The translations under genes and the position numbers were made by a program. From Octopus vulgaris (taxonomy: Eukaryota), in NCBI GenBank assembly GCA_951406725.2, contig OX597823.1:10292001-10356000 (forward strand): DNA of 64,000 nucleotides. Direction: 5' to 3'. Of the stretch, positions 13,965 through 27,470 are shown in pieces. The stretch's first letter is position 1. Each line of letters begins with the position of its first letter. The notes beneath the pieces are model-generated. The model ran no database searches and was not told the origin of the DNA. It worked only from the letters and a program-made list of their open reading frames with translations.

Positions 13965-15227
13965 CAGGGAGGGGAAGCAAAATTTACAATATTTTGAGGC
14001 AGGGATTGAAAGACAGTGTATGACCAATTAGTTTATTGAAAGTAATGAGAATTTATTTGCCACAAGAATATTTACATAATAGAAAATGTTTTTATTCTAT
14101 GTGTCTCACTTCTTTCTCAATAACTGCCTTCACACGCTTCCTGAAACTTGCACGAGTGTTCCTCAAATATTCGGGAGACAATTTCTTCCATTCTTCTTTA
14201 ATAGTATCTTTAAGAGAGTCGACATTGCTGTATGATGTTCTATTGTTAGCATGTTCTAAAACGCCCCAAATAGCAAAATCCAGCGGGTTTATATCTGGGC
14301 TAGAAGGCGGCCATAAATATGATTCCAAAAAATTGCAAAAGTTGGATTTGCAGAAATCTTGTATTTTTCAAGCTAAGTGGGCTGAACCTCCATCCTGTGT
14401 CCATACATAATTGCCATCTGGGTAGTTTGCTTTAAGCCATGGCAATACGTGGTATCTCAGAGTCTTGTAGTAAGTATTAACATTCATAAGCATTTTCTTT
14501 CCATCGGAAGCCACAACACCAAAAGCCATAACTTGAGCAGGTTGTTTTGTTTTAAATGTCCCCTTAACCTCAGCTGTCGATTTTGCGATAAACCTGTCAT
14601 TTCTGCGGTTCAGAACAGCATCGACAGTGAAGATCTTTTCATCTGAAAAGATCGTTACAATGGAGGACTTTTTCTTGAACCATATAATAATTTTCTTGCA
14701 CCTTTCCAATCTCTTTTCCTTCATAGCTGTTGAAAACAAGTGTTTTTGGTGATCTTGTGTAAGATTTTAACCTCAAATCATATTTTACTGCATTTCTAAT
14801 CGTCTTGTTGTCTACCTCAATTTGAATTGCCATTTTTCTCATGGATTTGGTTGGATCCTTTAGGATATGGGATTTGAGAGCTTTAATAAAAGCTTTGGTA
14901 CGTTTTTTTGTTGATTCCTCCACTTCCAGACTTCCTTGTAATAGTTTTGCTCATAGTCAATCTATTCTTTACATTATAAACAGTCTTTATGGACACTCCA
15001 ACTATTCTTGAAATATCATTTGGTGTGACGAGTGCATTCAGCAAATCACACTCTCTTTGACATTTGCTTTTCTGATTACTCATATGGCAACATTTTGTGC
15101 CACAAGAAAATTTACATAATAGAAAATGTTTTTATTCTATGTGTCCTCCTTCTTTCTCAATAACTGCTTACTACCTGCTAAGAAAAAACAACTTAACGTT
15201 CATTGTAAATTTTGCTTCCCCACCCTG
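13965..15227 (-). mobile_element. Tc1/mariner superfamily transposon, maT (DD37D) type, full length but inactive
   Basis: 26-bp TIRs CAGGG(A/T)GGGGAAGCAAAATTTACAAT with TA on both sides, inserted in (TA)n, enclosing a transposase. Confidence 0.92.
14092..15083 (-). pseudogene. DD37D transposase pseudogene (frameshifts, one in-frame stop)
   Basis: N-terminal HTH (ISRIVGVSIKTVYNV), then FSDEKIF, WTQDGGSAH and WPPSSPDINPLDFAIWG. There are 37 residues between the 2nd and 3rd Asp when read through the TGA. Confidence 0.9.
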
Positions 15228-15236
15228 TATATATAT

Positions 15237-15400
<164 letters not shown>

Positions 15401-15684
15401 ACACGCGTACCCGTGTGTGTATTACGTCATATGTAAACCAACAAGTTTGTTTTCGGAGCGTTGAAATGTATTATGGAACTTTTAGAAAGATAAAATGTAT
15501 TCAACGCGTAAATACACAACAGCATATATATACAGGATAAAATCCATTTTTAAGAGCAGAAAAATTTGCCGTTGGCAATTTAAAATACTTTTACAACGTT
15601 TTATTATATTTACAAATCTATAATGGGAAGCAAGGTTCACGATATCGGAAGAATATCGCCATCTCCCATTAGAATTGTTCTTTG

Positions 15685-16107
15685 TGTTGTTTCAGGCTCC
15701 AGCAGGCGAGGAAAGAAGTCTCAAGTGGAAATGCAAATTTACAACCAGTTTTATTTACATAGTTACACAGAATAAATGGAGTGTGTCGCTCTCAGCAGAC
15801 CATCTCAAACTGTGTACGTTTCGTTTTATCTCCGTTAATGCGGGCCCATTGCCTCTGTAGATACGACGTGCAGACAGGACTGGCCTGGGGACCCAGCCAG
15901 CGAAGCGTGTTCAGCAAGCGCTTGCGGCGAAGAAGAAGAAAGAGAATCTGTTTGTTGGGCCCTTATATCCAGTTTTCCATCGCGAGCCTCGTTGTGATCT
16001 CGCGCATGGCGAATGGATGCAAGTGAGATCTCGCTCCAATCTCGGAGATGGCAATGGGTGCCGGCAAGATCTTATCCAATAGTGCGGTGACTGCTTGTGC
16101 CGCTACA
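15685..16107 (-). repeat. 3' LTR of the Gypsy remnant
   Basis: TGTAG...CAACA ends, TATA-like GGATATAAGG (~15965) and AATAAA (~15755) on the minus strand. The lower boundary is inferred. Confidence 0.6.
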
Positions 16108-16358
16108 AGCCCCCCTTCCTTGAGAACGGCAGTGCGAAAGCAGAATAATTGAAGCAGGTACAAGAAAGAGCAAAGATGGTAACTGATCGCATCCAACAAG
16201 ATATGGTACAAAAATGTGACAAGTCAAATAGAAAAATAATTGCAAGAAATATAAATTGGCATGCACAAAATATGACAAAATGTTCAATGGCAGAGTATTG
16301 GAACTGTCCACTAACACAAGAAAACAATTGTCTGTCACTGGGAACACAAAAGGGATTG

Positions 16359-17160
16359 TCAGGTATAAATAATTTTATTGAGTTTTTTGGGCCAATGCAC
16401 AGTGCGGCCTGTCCTGGTGACATAGGATTTGTTCGTGTTAGGTAGTGGCGACGAAGGTGGAGGCATAAGGTGATGGTGTGGTCGAAGGTGCATGTGCAGG
16501 TGGATGCGTAGGTGGTTGTAAGGTATCAAAGGTGGGCGTGTTTGGGGTGTCATCGAAGGGTGTGAACACCTCAAAATGTGCCCTTTTATGTATGTCGACT
16601 GACACGGTCTCTGCCCGACCATTGATGTCGAGACTAAAAGTTTTAGGTGTGCGCGATAGGACACGATATGGTCCCTTATAAGGGAAAACAAGGGGTCCCT
16701 TGACAGAATCATCCCGAAAAAAAACATGAGTCCATTTGTCAATGTCTGATGGGACCTGAGATGGAATAGACTGGTCACGCGGATGCATGGGTGGAAGACT
16801 TGAGAAATGCGAGCGTATTCTGGTGACATACGACGTTGGATGAGGATGCGATGAGTTGTCTGGCTCTAACATTGTGCCAGGGAGTACCAGGGTGGTACCG
16901 TAAAGGAGTTCAGCAGAGGAGAAACCTAAGTCTGCTATAACAGCAGTGCGACAACCAAGAAGAACGATAGGCAGGAATTCTGTCCAAGTTGCCTTCAGTT
17001 GCCTGTGAAAACGTTCGACCATCCCGCTGCAAGCTGGGTGGTAGCTGGTCACAAGAATATGATGAACTCCTAGGATTCGTGATAATTCACGAAATGGGGA
17101 AGCCTCGAACTGGCGTCCGTGATCAGTGGTTACTTTAGTTGGGACACCAAAGCATGGCAA
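16359..17160 (-). pseudogene. Gypsy integrase, C-terminal half
   Basis: FGVPTKVTTDHGRQF, TSYHPACSGMVERFHRQLK and the GPY/F module PYKGPYRVL. Frameshifted near the 3' end. Confidence 0.88.
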
Positions 17161-17377
17161 ATAGATGCAGGTGAGAACTCGCTCCAGTCTCGGAGATGGC
17201 AATGGCCTCCAGCAAGATTTCATCCAAAGGGAGCTTGACAAAATTAGTTAAGTTAGCATAGAATAATGATTTCATACTTTTTAATAATTAAGAACTAAAC
17301 ATTTAATAAATGAATGCGAAAGAGATAGTTGAATTAACTACACGCACACACTCGCGCACACATACCTATATACGCAC

Positions 17378-17453
<76 letters not shown>

Positions 17454-17468
17454 GTAGGTAGGTAGGTT

Positions 17469-17557
<89 letters not shown>

Positions 17558-17570
17558 GTAGGTAGATAGG

Positions 17571-17643
<73 letters not shown>
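17378..17643 (+). repeat. (GATA)n microsatellite, representative of many simple repeats in the window
   Basis: Direct reading. Similar tracts at 10664-10965 and 25067-25145. Confidence 0.95.
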
Positions 17644-17644
<1 letters not shown>

Positions 17645-20098
17645 TGCAAGGGAGAGAGGAAGATTGTAAAAGTAACAGATACATATGCATATTTATAACT
17701 ACCAGTTTTCTTTGCAAGTAAGACATTGTTACAAATATACAAATACATTTTCGCCATTAAAATGCGTCGATATATCTCGTTAATACCTGGTAGGTAGAAG
17801 AGGTATGTATAATTTGTCTGTGTAAACGTGTGTATGCATATATGTATTCAGTTGTATAACAGCTATATATGATTACGTGTATTCCTATTCATGTGTCGGC
17901 GTTTACTTAAATATTTAGTTTTGCTTCTTCTTTTTTTACTTGGTCTCAATTATAACGATCAGTGTCTAAGCTTGTTTTTCTGGCAATATTCGATTATAGA
18001 ATCACTATAAGAAGCTATTAACGTATAGTCATGTAAACACACACGGAAGAACACACACGCATTCATGTATGCCCGCATACACACACGTACAAACCCTCTC
18101 CTCACTCTCTCTGTCTCTCTCTCACACACACACACACACACTCATATACGCATATATATATTTATATACTGTGTTTGAAGTAACATTGCAAATACGAAGG
18201 AAATATTCTCGCAAATACGAAGGAAATATTTGGGAAGAACTCGATAAATGTGAAATGAATTCATGTTCAGACTAATAACATCCTGAGATAGAATGATGGC
18301 TAAAAATTAAAGGACTTTACAAAATATAAATGTCAGGCACAAAAGGAAAAATACAGATATATCTGAAATATATTTTGGGGGATGCAAACCCGTATTTCTA
18401 AAATTCACAGTAGTAAGGTAACGAGTGAGGTGCCTTTATTAGTGGATGGCAAACAGAAAACAATGATTTTAGAAATTATGGGGGAACGCTTTGCATTCTG
18501 TATTAAAATCCAGCAAAGATCAGCATTGCTTGTTAACATCCAATGTCCATAAAAACTGCATCATTACCGAGTCAATTTCTATGCTTACATTAATCGAAGA
18601 AAAGTCAGGAATTTGAAACCTGTAGGCACACCGATATTTTCTCCAACATCGTTCTGGAATCATCTGTATCGGTCCTTTTAATTGCTTTGAACAAAATTGG
18701 TGGAATGGAAACGAATCAAACATTTGCTTTATGTACAACTAATGCAGACGTTTACAAAATGTTGCTCAGGTCTGGACCTTAGAGATGAGACTCTAGAAAC
18801 GCTCCGGGTGGATTTACAAATTAAAAACAAAACCAGACTTTCCAGATACAGTTTCAAAGTTTCACGACACTGAATTTTCCAGGATTTTGAGTTAAAGCAT
18901 CTCTCTAAAATGCAGTCGTCAACAGCAAAGAAATATAAACGACTGGGTGTTTACTATCTCATAGAAATGAAGTTAAAATCATTTTCTCATTATTAGCAAA
19001 TTCTAGCAAAATGTAAACTGACGCTCGAGGGCCATCACTCCAGACAGACTCCAGGTAACTTGGTACAGCAACCTGCAATCCAGCGAATTTCAGAGGTTGA
19101 TGCAGTTTAGAGAGTAGCAGGTGTTAAGTGTTTAATGAATAATCAAACATGTTTTTCAATAATGAGGTCGAGTTTTGTAGTTCATTCAAAGGTGAAAGTT
19201 GCGGCATTTTGAGGGAGGCTGAATAGGCGCACAACACCAATGGTTTGAATTCCTACGTGAAATTCCGAATTCGGAGATGATTTATGGGACCAAATTTTAT
19301 CAGGTTGCAGGACTGTTGTATTCTTTCATCATTGCAGTGTACACAACGTATGCAAAGACATCTCGGTGAACTTCGATTCCATCGACAAGTAAAATATTTG
19401 GTAATGCAAAATTTCTTCTTCAGCATGTTTTGAGACCTTCACTTAGATACAAGACGACCACTGCCTGGTTTGCAGCTCATCACAATGTAACTGTTTTGTC
19501 AGGTTCTTTTATCTGACCAAAGTAAACATGCTCGATCGCAAAATGGCAACCTTCTTTTTGCTTCACTCCAAGAAATCAAGCGGAGTTGAAGGCTGCTGCT
19601 CTCTAGAACACTTGAATGTCGAGCATACCCGAGCACTGCTGTAGCTTGAATTCCTCCATGCAAAAACATTCGGTTATTGAAGTGAAAGAACTTCCCGTTA
19701 AAATACAGAGTGGCATTCCATACCCACCTCTCATTTATTAACACCTTTTCTCTACATTAATGATAGTATTTGTCTATTCAGTTATTTTACATCAAGTTTT
19801 TAATGTCCCTTATATAGAATGTATAAGTCTGAACTTACGCCTACAAAAGTCAGACAGTAGATCAATTTTCCTTTTGGCGAGATTACTACAACTGCTTTTA
19901 AACTTTCTGTCTTAACTGAATGTAAATATTCAAGATTTACATAACATTTAATTGTCTAAGAAGATCAGTATACGTGTAAAGTTAAAACGAAAAGATGCTT
20001 CAAGCTGAAATTATATTTAAATAAATACATAAGATACAGAATATTTATTTTTTTTTTTGTCGCAGTATGTAACGTGATATTATTTTCAAGTATCTCTT

Positions 20099-20190
<92 letters not shown>

Positions 20191-20323
20191 TAATCCAAAC
20201 AAGAAACACAAAGAGAAACAAAAAAAAACACAGCAACGCGAGGACGTGGAACAAATAAAGTATTATATACACATACATATATGTATGTATGTATATATGC
20301 ATGTATATGTATATATACATACA

Positions 20324-20376
<53 letters not shown>

Positions 20377-20421
20377 GTTGCAAATAAAAGAAAGACGGAA
20401 GATGGAATATAACATTCGTTT

Positions 20422-20481
<60 letters not shown>

Positions 20482-21383
20482 CTACGTGTATGTGTTCGCA
20501 TGTGTGTGTGTGTGTGTGCGTGTGAATTGTAATTATGTGTATAACTTGTAACCATCACATGCTTGCATATGTACATGTGTGTGTATGAGCAAACTCTATA
20601 TGGCTGTGCTTGTGTGTGAGTGTGTGCGGGCGGGCGCGGGCGGGCGCGGGCGTGTGTGCACGGGTGTGTCTGTGAGTCTGTGTCTGTGTATGTATATATA
20701 TATAAGCACGCACGCACGCGCAGAAATGCACACACATACATTAAACGTAAACACATCCGTTCCGAAACGCTGCGTACGTCTGTTCACACACATTATTACA
20801 TCAACAGCGAACAGCAAAAACAAGAAGAAAAAGATCCCTCTTTCAGTTGTTGTTTACCTTACCCCCTACAGCGATAGAAATATTGACTTAATACTTACGA
20901 CAGTTTCCACTAGTTTCCTTCATCAATAATAAAGAAAGCAGCGGATATTTGTAGCGTTAGTTTTTCCCAGTTACGTGCTAGCCTTCCAACGAAGTTAGCT
21001 CAATGGAGACAAACCAATTTATGAAAATCAGTTATAAAAACTTAGAAATATTTATCTATTTCCACTTTGCAAACCGAAAAATAATTGAACAGCATGCTAA
21101 TTTATGTAATTTGTTTTTCATATCGCACATGAATGTATATATATATATATATATATATGTACGTGCTGATGAATGAGAGAGGCTGCATGTGTAAGTATGT
21201 GTGGGTGACCTTCTATAGATATATGATCAAAAGAGTTTCCGTGTATACGTATAAGTATACAAGTAAATATATATATACATATATAAAACTATGCAGATAT
21301 TGTTGTATGTACGCATAACATATATGTATGTATAAATATATCTATATCTATATCTATATCTATATCTATATCTATATCTATCT

Positions 21384-21502
<119 letters not shown>

Positions 21503-21515
21503 CATATATATGTAT

Positions 21516-21555
<40 letters not shown>

Positions 21556-21867
21556 ATCTGTATATATATATATATATATATATATAAATTAGAGATAAAG
21601 CCACTATTAGGCAACTCAAACAGTGATAGACATAAACCAAAACATGAAAAAACAAAAAATAAATATGATTAATAAACTATACAATATATATATAAAATAT
21701 AAAATTTAAAATTTGAATTATGAAAATTTGAAATTTTTAAATTTATATTTATGCATTTTTATATTTTTATATTTTAAATTATTAATTTTTAAATTTTTAA
21801 ACTTTTAAACTTTTTTTAACTAATCAAAAAGTATAAAAAAGTTAAATATAATATAATAAGTAAAAAC

Positions 21868-21963
21868 ACTACATACGTTTCATGGCTATAATTCAATTCG
21901 AATTACAATTAAGTTTAAATTCAATTAAAAATTCGAATTAAAATTATAGTCAATCTTCAGGTT
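21868..21963 (-). ncRNA. Hammerhead-like motif with a long AT-rich stem II
   Basis: CTGAAGA-T-TGACTATAATT...AATTATAGCCA-T-GAA-ACGTATGT-A. Stem I is weak. Confidence 0.45.
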
Positions 21964-22213
21964 AATGATAATAGTTAAATAAATAAGCAAACAGGGCTAA
22001 ACAATATTTTTAAAGAAATAAATGAAATATTAATTTTTCTAATAAAAAAACTCTATTATCAAATAACCAGCCGAAATTACAAAGATAATCTGGAACTTGA
22101 CTGAAGAAAGAAAACTCCGAATGATCCGTCCTTGTTTTCCTTGTATTGTCTATCTGGATATTTTGGGTTCTTGTCCCATTTTTGTATTATATATATATAT
22201 ATATATATATATT

Positions 22214-22260
<47 letters not shown>

Positions 22261-22440
22261 GCATGCAAACGCCTGCACACACACACATACACACACTTAC
22301 AAAGATAGGGAGAGATAGATAGACAGAGTGAGTGAATGAGAGAGAGAAAAGGGGTGAGGCATTAATCACAATGGTGAGAAGTTGAAAGGAACACTTTGAA
22401 GCCACTTAGAATACGAGTCCAATAAAATGTATTTTATTGC

Positions 22441-22473
<33 letters not shown>

Positions 22474-22833
22474 AGCGGGAGAAAATGTCAATGTGTGAGT
22501 GTGTGAATCTATGTATATAGACATGCATGTATATATATATATACAGATAGATAGATAGATACGTACATACATATACACACACACATATACATAAACTAGA
22601 CTATAGGCACACATATCTACCTACCTACCTACCTACATATATACTTACATGAATAGATACACGCACATACATATGCATACAGACAGATACACGTATATAC
22701 ATACATACATACATTGCCCCAGCATGGCCACAGCTCATAAGCTGAAACTAGAATCAATCAATCAATCAATACATACATACATACATACATACATACATGC
22801 ATACATACATACATACATACATACATACATACA

Positions 22834-22864
<31 letters not shown>

Positions 22865-23284
22865 TTGGCCCTCTGTCGGTTACGACGTTCAGTTGCTTGA
22901 GCAAATGAATTACCTTATAATTTAATTAGTGCATAAGTTGCTGAGCATTCCAATTTCACGTAACTCTCAGATAGAACGAGGGTGCACAGAGCGTGATAAT
23001 GCTTTTTCTTCGAATTACGTGTCTTACAGAGAGAGTCAGTTCGACGGGTTCCTATACAAATTTACTTTTATCATATTTAATTCAGAAGGAATGCGTGTGG
23101 AGAAAATGTCATTTGCCAAATATGTCACTCAGAAGGAGCCAACCTTGAACCTCACGTTTGCGATGCGAACTTCCTATTCATTCGACCACTCTACTTTAAA
23201 CACACACACACACTCCCTCTCTCTCTCCTCCTCTCTCTCTCTCTCTCTCTCTCTATCTCTATCTCTCTCTCATACACACATACT

Positions 23285-23700
23285 GTCATAATCCTTACCG
23301 TAAGTTCATCTTTGGCGTTACATAGAGTGTTGTTGGTCTCTCGCTCAACTTTGCCCCACACATAATAATCAAGGGTGTTGCAATCTGGGGGAGATGTTAG
23401 GGCTGATATGGTCGCAGAAATTGTCTGACACTCATGACCGGGTCCTCCTGATTGTGTGGAATGGTGCGGAGTCCTGTTGCCAGACATAGTGACTCTCAGG
23501 AGCCACCCTCTTGACCTCGGTCAGCACTACCTTCTCCGTGCACTTGATGTAAGCCTCCGTGTTGATTCTCAGGCCGTATGGGAAGGTGAATGGAGGTGTA
23601 ACGTCGCCATCACTTGTGATGGCACCAAACCCCATGATGTTGAATGGATGCACACACAGGGACGCACACAAACCAGGGTCGAAATTTTGATAGTTGGTTG
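23285..23700 (-). pseudogene. Second maT/DD37D-like transposase fragment
   Basis: IMGFGAITSDG, YVWQQDSAPFH and SPPDCNTLDYYVWGKVE across two frames. Confidence 0.8.
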
Positions 23701-23786
23701 ACAACTAATTTGGAAAAAGCAGGTCTGCATCTGTCGTGTGTGATTATTCTCTTTTACACTAAATTCTCTCCATCGCACATTTCCGC

Positions 23787-23900
<114 letters not shown>

Positions 23901-24109
23901 TTGTATAATAACAGTTTGACACTGCCTTGGAACGTCTGATGATATGGATTTGTCATACACTCATAGAAAGTTAAGTAATATCTGCTGCGTCAAAGGTTCT
24001 TTCAATGCATATAGCTCCAAATATATGTATTCGGCGTTGCTTTGTTTCGTTTCTTTACTCATTCCCATCAATACAGTTATGCATATGCACATGCACACAC
24101 ACATATACA

Positions 24110-24190
<81 letters not shown>

Positions 24191-24770
24191 TCAAAACAGT
24201 GTCAAATTGACGACGGAACTTGAAACGCTCCAGCGAAGACTGGTTTCACAAAAAAGACGAGCTTGACGGCTACTGGGAGAGACTGCAAGAGTTAAGAATC
24301 TGCTCTCTAGTACGAAGGAGCGAATGATATGCAGTAATACGCATCTGGAAAATCCTAGAACTCGTACCAAACTTTGGCACTGTCAGCGACACAAATGGCA
24401 GGACGGGGCGCCACCTGCATAGTACCAAAAATCCCAACGTTGCCATCAGCATACAGGACCAATTACTGCATTAGCTTGAGCTTCAAGAGCCCACAGCTCT
24501 TCAATATCATCCCACAATAACTGAGAGACCTGCATGTAGGGGATGTATGCGTTTTCAAAACAAAAGTAGATATCCTTCTGTTAGGAGTTCCGGATGAACA
24601 TACCTCAAGGCAAGAAACACAGACGAGAGCATCAACGTTAAATTCCCTCATCCACTAAATGTCCCATATCAGAAGAGGTTGAGTGAAAGCAGACGGCGGT
24701 GCGAACACCAAAGCAAACGGTGGTGTTCCAGCATGGCTGCAATCTTCGGACTTGAACTGGAAATTGGTCA
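24191..24770 (+). mobile_element. CR1/L2-group LINE 3' end (degenerate ORF2 C-terminus and 3' UTR)
   Basis: ELETLQRR...YWERLQELRICSLVRR...IWKILELVPNFG...PQLFNIIP, typical post-RT residues of this group. Confidence 0.7.
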
Positions 24771-25065
24771 TGATCTTTAACATTACCATTACGTGTGGCC
24801 CTTACATGAGTAATAAACTTTCGGAGGCATCGCAGTTAATATCATTCGTCTGCACAATTTTTTCCACAGATATACACACATACTCTCACTCCCACACAAA
24901 CACTCACATCCTCACATACACATGCACATACACAAAACTATATATGTGTATATATTTATGTGTGTGTGTGTGTGTGTACTTGTGTGTTTTGTTTTGTATG
25001 TGTGTAAGAGCAAAGTGGAAAGAGTAAAGAGTGACATATACAAGCATATCTGTTGACAAGCAAAC

Positions 25066-25145
<80 letters not shown>

Positions 25146-26574
25146 TAGAATAATTCATTGTATTGTGTTGGATACGTTATCAGCTGATACGTAGAAAGTT
25201 AGCAAAATGTAAATATATACGAAAGCTATATCAAGAGAAAAGAAATTGCTCAAGGCGTAATTGAAAAAGACATGACATGAAGACCTGTTAGCGAAAACGG
25301 CGTATGTGAACAACTATATGGCGGCTGGTCAAAGAAAAGGCGTCTGTTTACTATAATGGAAATGGCTGAAAACATGACATTATTTTAACAAAAGCTGCAG
25401 CAAGTACAGCTCGCCAAGAAATGTTTTGTTTTGTCTACTCACATATAGATACTGTTAATTAGTCGCAAGAGGAAGGACTGTGCGTATGAGCTGTGTAGAC
25501 ATTACTGGTGAGATTACTGCTGTTTATGCAAGAAGGCGACTGTAGATATGATTGTTATGAGAGTGGAAATGACTTTCTTAGTGCTACGAAATTGTAGAAT
25601 AATATTTGGATAAATTTATTAATGTGCTGTCTGAAAGTTAAAACATTGAAAGAATGATGCAGCAGAAAGACAACCAGTAGGTCGAGTGAAGGTTATATAT
25701 GAAATGTCAGTTCTAGTTCGCAAGAGAAGATACCATTTTCGTAGAGGTAAAGAGCTCAGACAAGAAATTCTACGTGTGTCCTCTGCGGATTGTAATTTTT
25801 GGTGAAGGAGATTCTGTCTCAAGAACAATATTTTTCTCTCAGACACATTATAGAATATAATTTTTCTAAGTTGAAGCAACAGAATTTTCTATACACAGCC
25901 ATGAATAAAGTCTGGATAACACATCAAGTTTACAAAGACTGGGTTACATGGCGGTGTTGGTAAGGTGTATTTTTCATTTGCTTCCATGATAGAGTAGCTA
26001 TTATGTATTAATGCTATTATTTGTTAACGCTACATCCGTCTGATATCGGAGTAGTAGTACATGTTAATCAGAATGAGTGAGATAATTTACGAATAAAGAA
26101 TGTGTGGATAAAATATTTCAACCAGCTTCATATAATACATTTCAAACACGTTTTCTAAGGAATCCTTATAAGGATGAGTCTATAGGTTAGTCATTGTTAC
26201 ATCAGATAACCAGAATAATGATCGATGATGTGCTAAGGTCTAACATAATTTCACTCTATAAGTCCTTAAGGTCACGAAGTGGCAAGACCGTTATGACTAC
26301 GGACAAAATGCTTAGCGGCATTTCGTCCGTCTTTACGTTCTGAGATTAAATTCCGCCCAGACTGGATTTGCCTTTCATCCTTTCGGAGTCGGCAAAAGAA
26401 GTACCACTCAAGTACTGAGTCGATGTAATCGACTCCTCCATCTCCTCAAAAGCTGCTGCCTTTGTACCAAATTTTGAAACCTCACCTTTAATAATTCCTG
26501 TAAAAATGTAATCTAAAAAAACACTACTGTTCTATATTTTAGAGACGAGAAATTCTGTACATTATTTATATTAT

Positions 26575-26710
26575 TTAAATTGGACGGATATGTGACCTCA
26601 TCTTGTTTGTTGTTACCACAACATTTCAGCTGATTTACACTCCAGTCTTCATCAGGTTTCCTGGTAGAATTTTGAACCCAACCCTGGGTTCTCATTCCTA
26701 AGGTTTTTTT
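26575..26710 (-). mobile_element. Headless tail of the tRNA-HHR element (see 32960-33555)
   Basis: CCTTAGGAATGAGAACC...CCTGATGAAGACTGGAGTGTAAATCAGCTGAAATGTTG...ACAAGATGAGG, next to (TTA)n. Confidence 0.75.
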
Positions 26711-26715
26711 TGCTG

Positions 26716-26781
<66 letters not shown>

Positions 26782-26796
26782 GTATTTATTCATATA

Positions 26797-27245
26797 GGTG
26801 CTGGAATAGCTGTATGGTAAGTAGCTTGCTTACCAGCCACATGGTTCCGGGTTCAGTCCCACTGCATGGCACCTTGGGCTAGTGTCTTCTACTATAGCCT
26901 CGAACCGACCAAAGCCTTGTGAGTGGACTTGGTAGGCGGAAACTGAAAGAAGCCCGTCGTGTATATATATGTATATGTATATATATGTTTGTGTGTTTGT
27001 GTGTGTGCATGTGTGTGGGCATATGTGCGTGTGTGTAGGTTTGTGTGTCTGTGTTAGTCCTCCCATCATCGCTTGACAACCGATGTTGGTGTGTTTACGT
27101 CCACGTAACTTAGTAGTTCGACAAAAGTGTACGATAGAATAAGTACTAAGCTTACAAAGAAAAAAGAACTGGGGTCGATTTTCTTCGACTAAAGGCGGTG
27201 CTCCAGCACGGCCGCAGTCAAATGACTGAAACAAATGAAAAAAAG
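26797..27245 (+). mobile_element. tRNA-derived SINE family B (CORE-like segment, internal microsatellite)
   Basis: A box TAGCTGTATGG, B box GGTTCAGTCCC, CACCTTGGGC segment, internal (TA/TG)n and a LINE-like tail. Confidence 0.85.
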
Positions 27246-27279
27246 AAAAAAGAATCCCTTGAATGAATGAATGAATGAA

Positions 27280-27366
<87 letters not shown>

Positions 27367-27433
27367 TATTATTATTTAATTATTTAATATAATTTAAATA
27401 TAATTATTTAAATATATATATTTAAATAATAGT

Positions 27434-27470
<37 letters not shown>

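Larger units (their letters stand above)
15685..17235 (-). mobile_element. Gypsy/Ty3 LTR retrotransposon remnant (integrase, PPT, 3' LTR)
   Basis: Integrase core followed by polypurine tract AAGGAAGGGGGG (16110-16121) and an LTR starting TGTAG at 16107. Confidence 0.85.

Noticed and set aside
15675-15860. Exon after the strong acceptor-like TTGTGTTGTTTCAG
   Set aside because: Better explained as the end of the minus-strand Gypsy LTR; no supporting donor site or homology.
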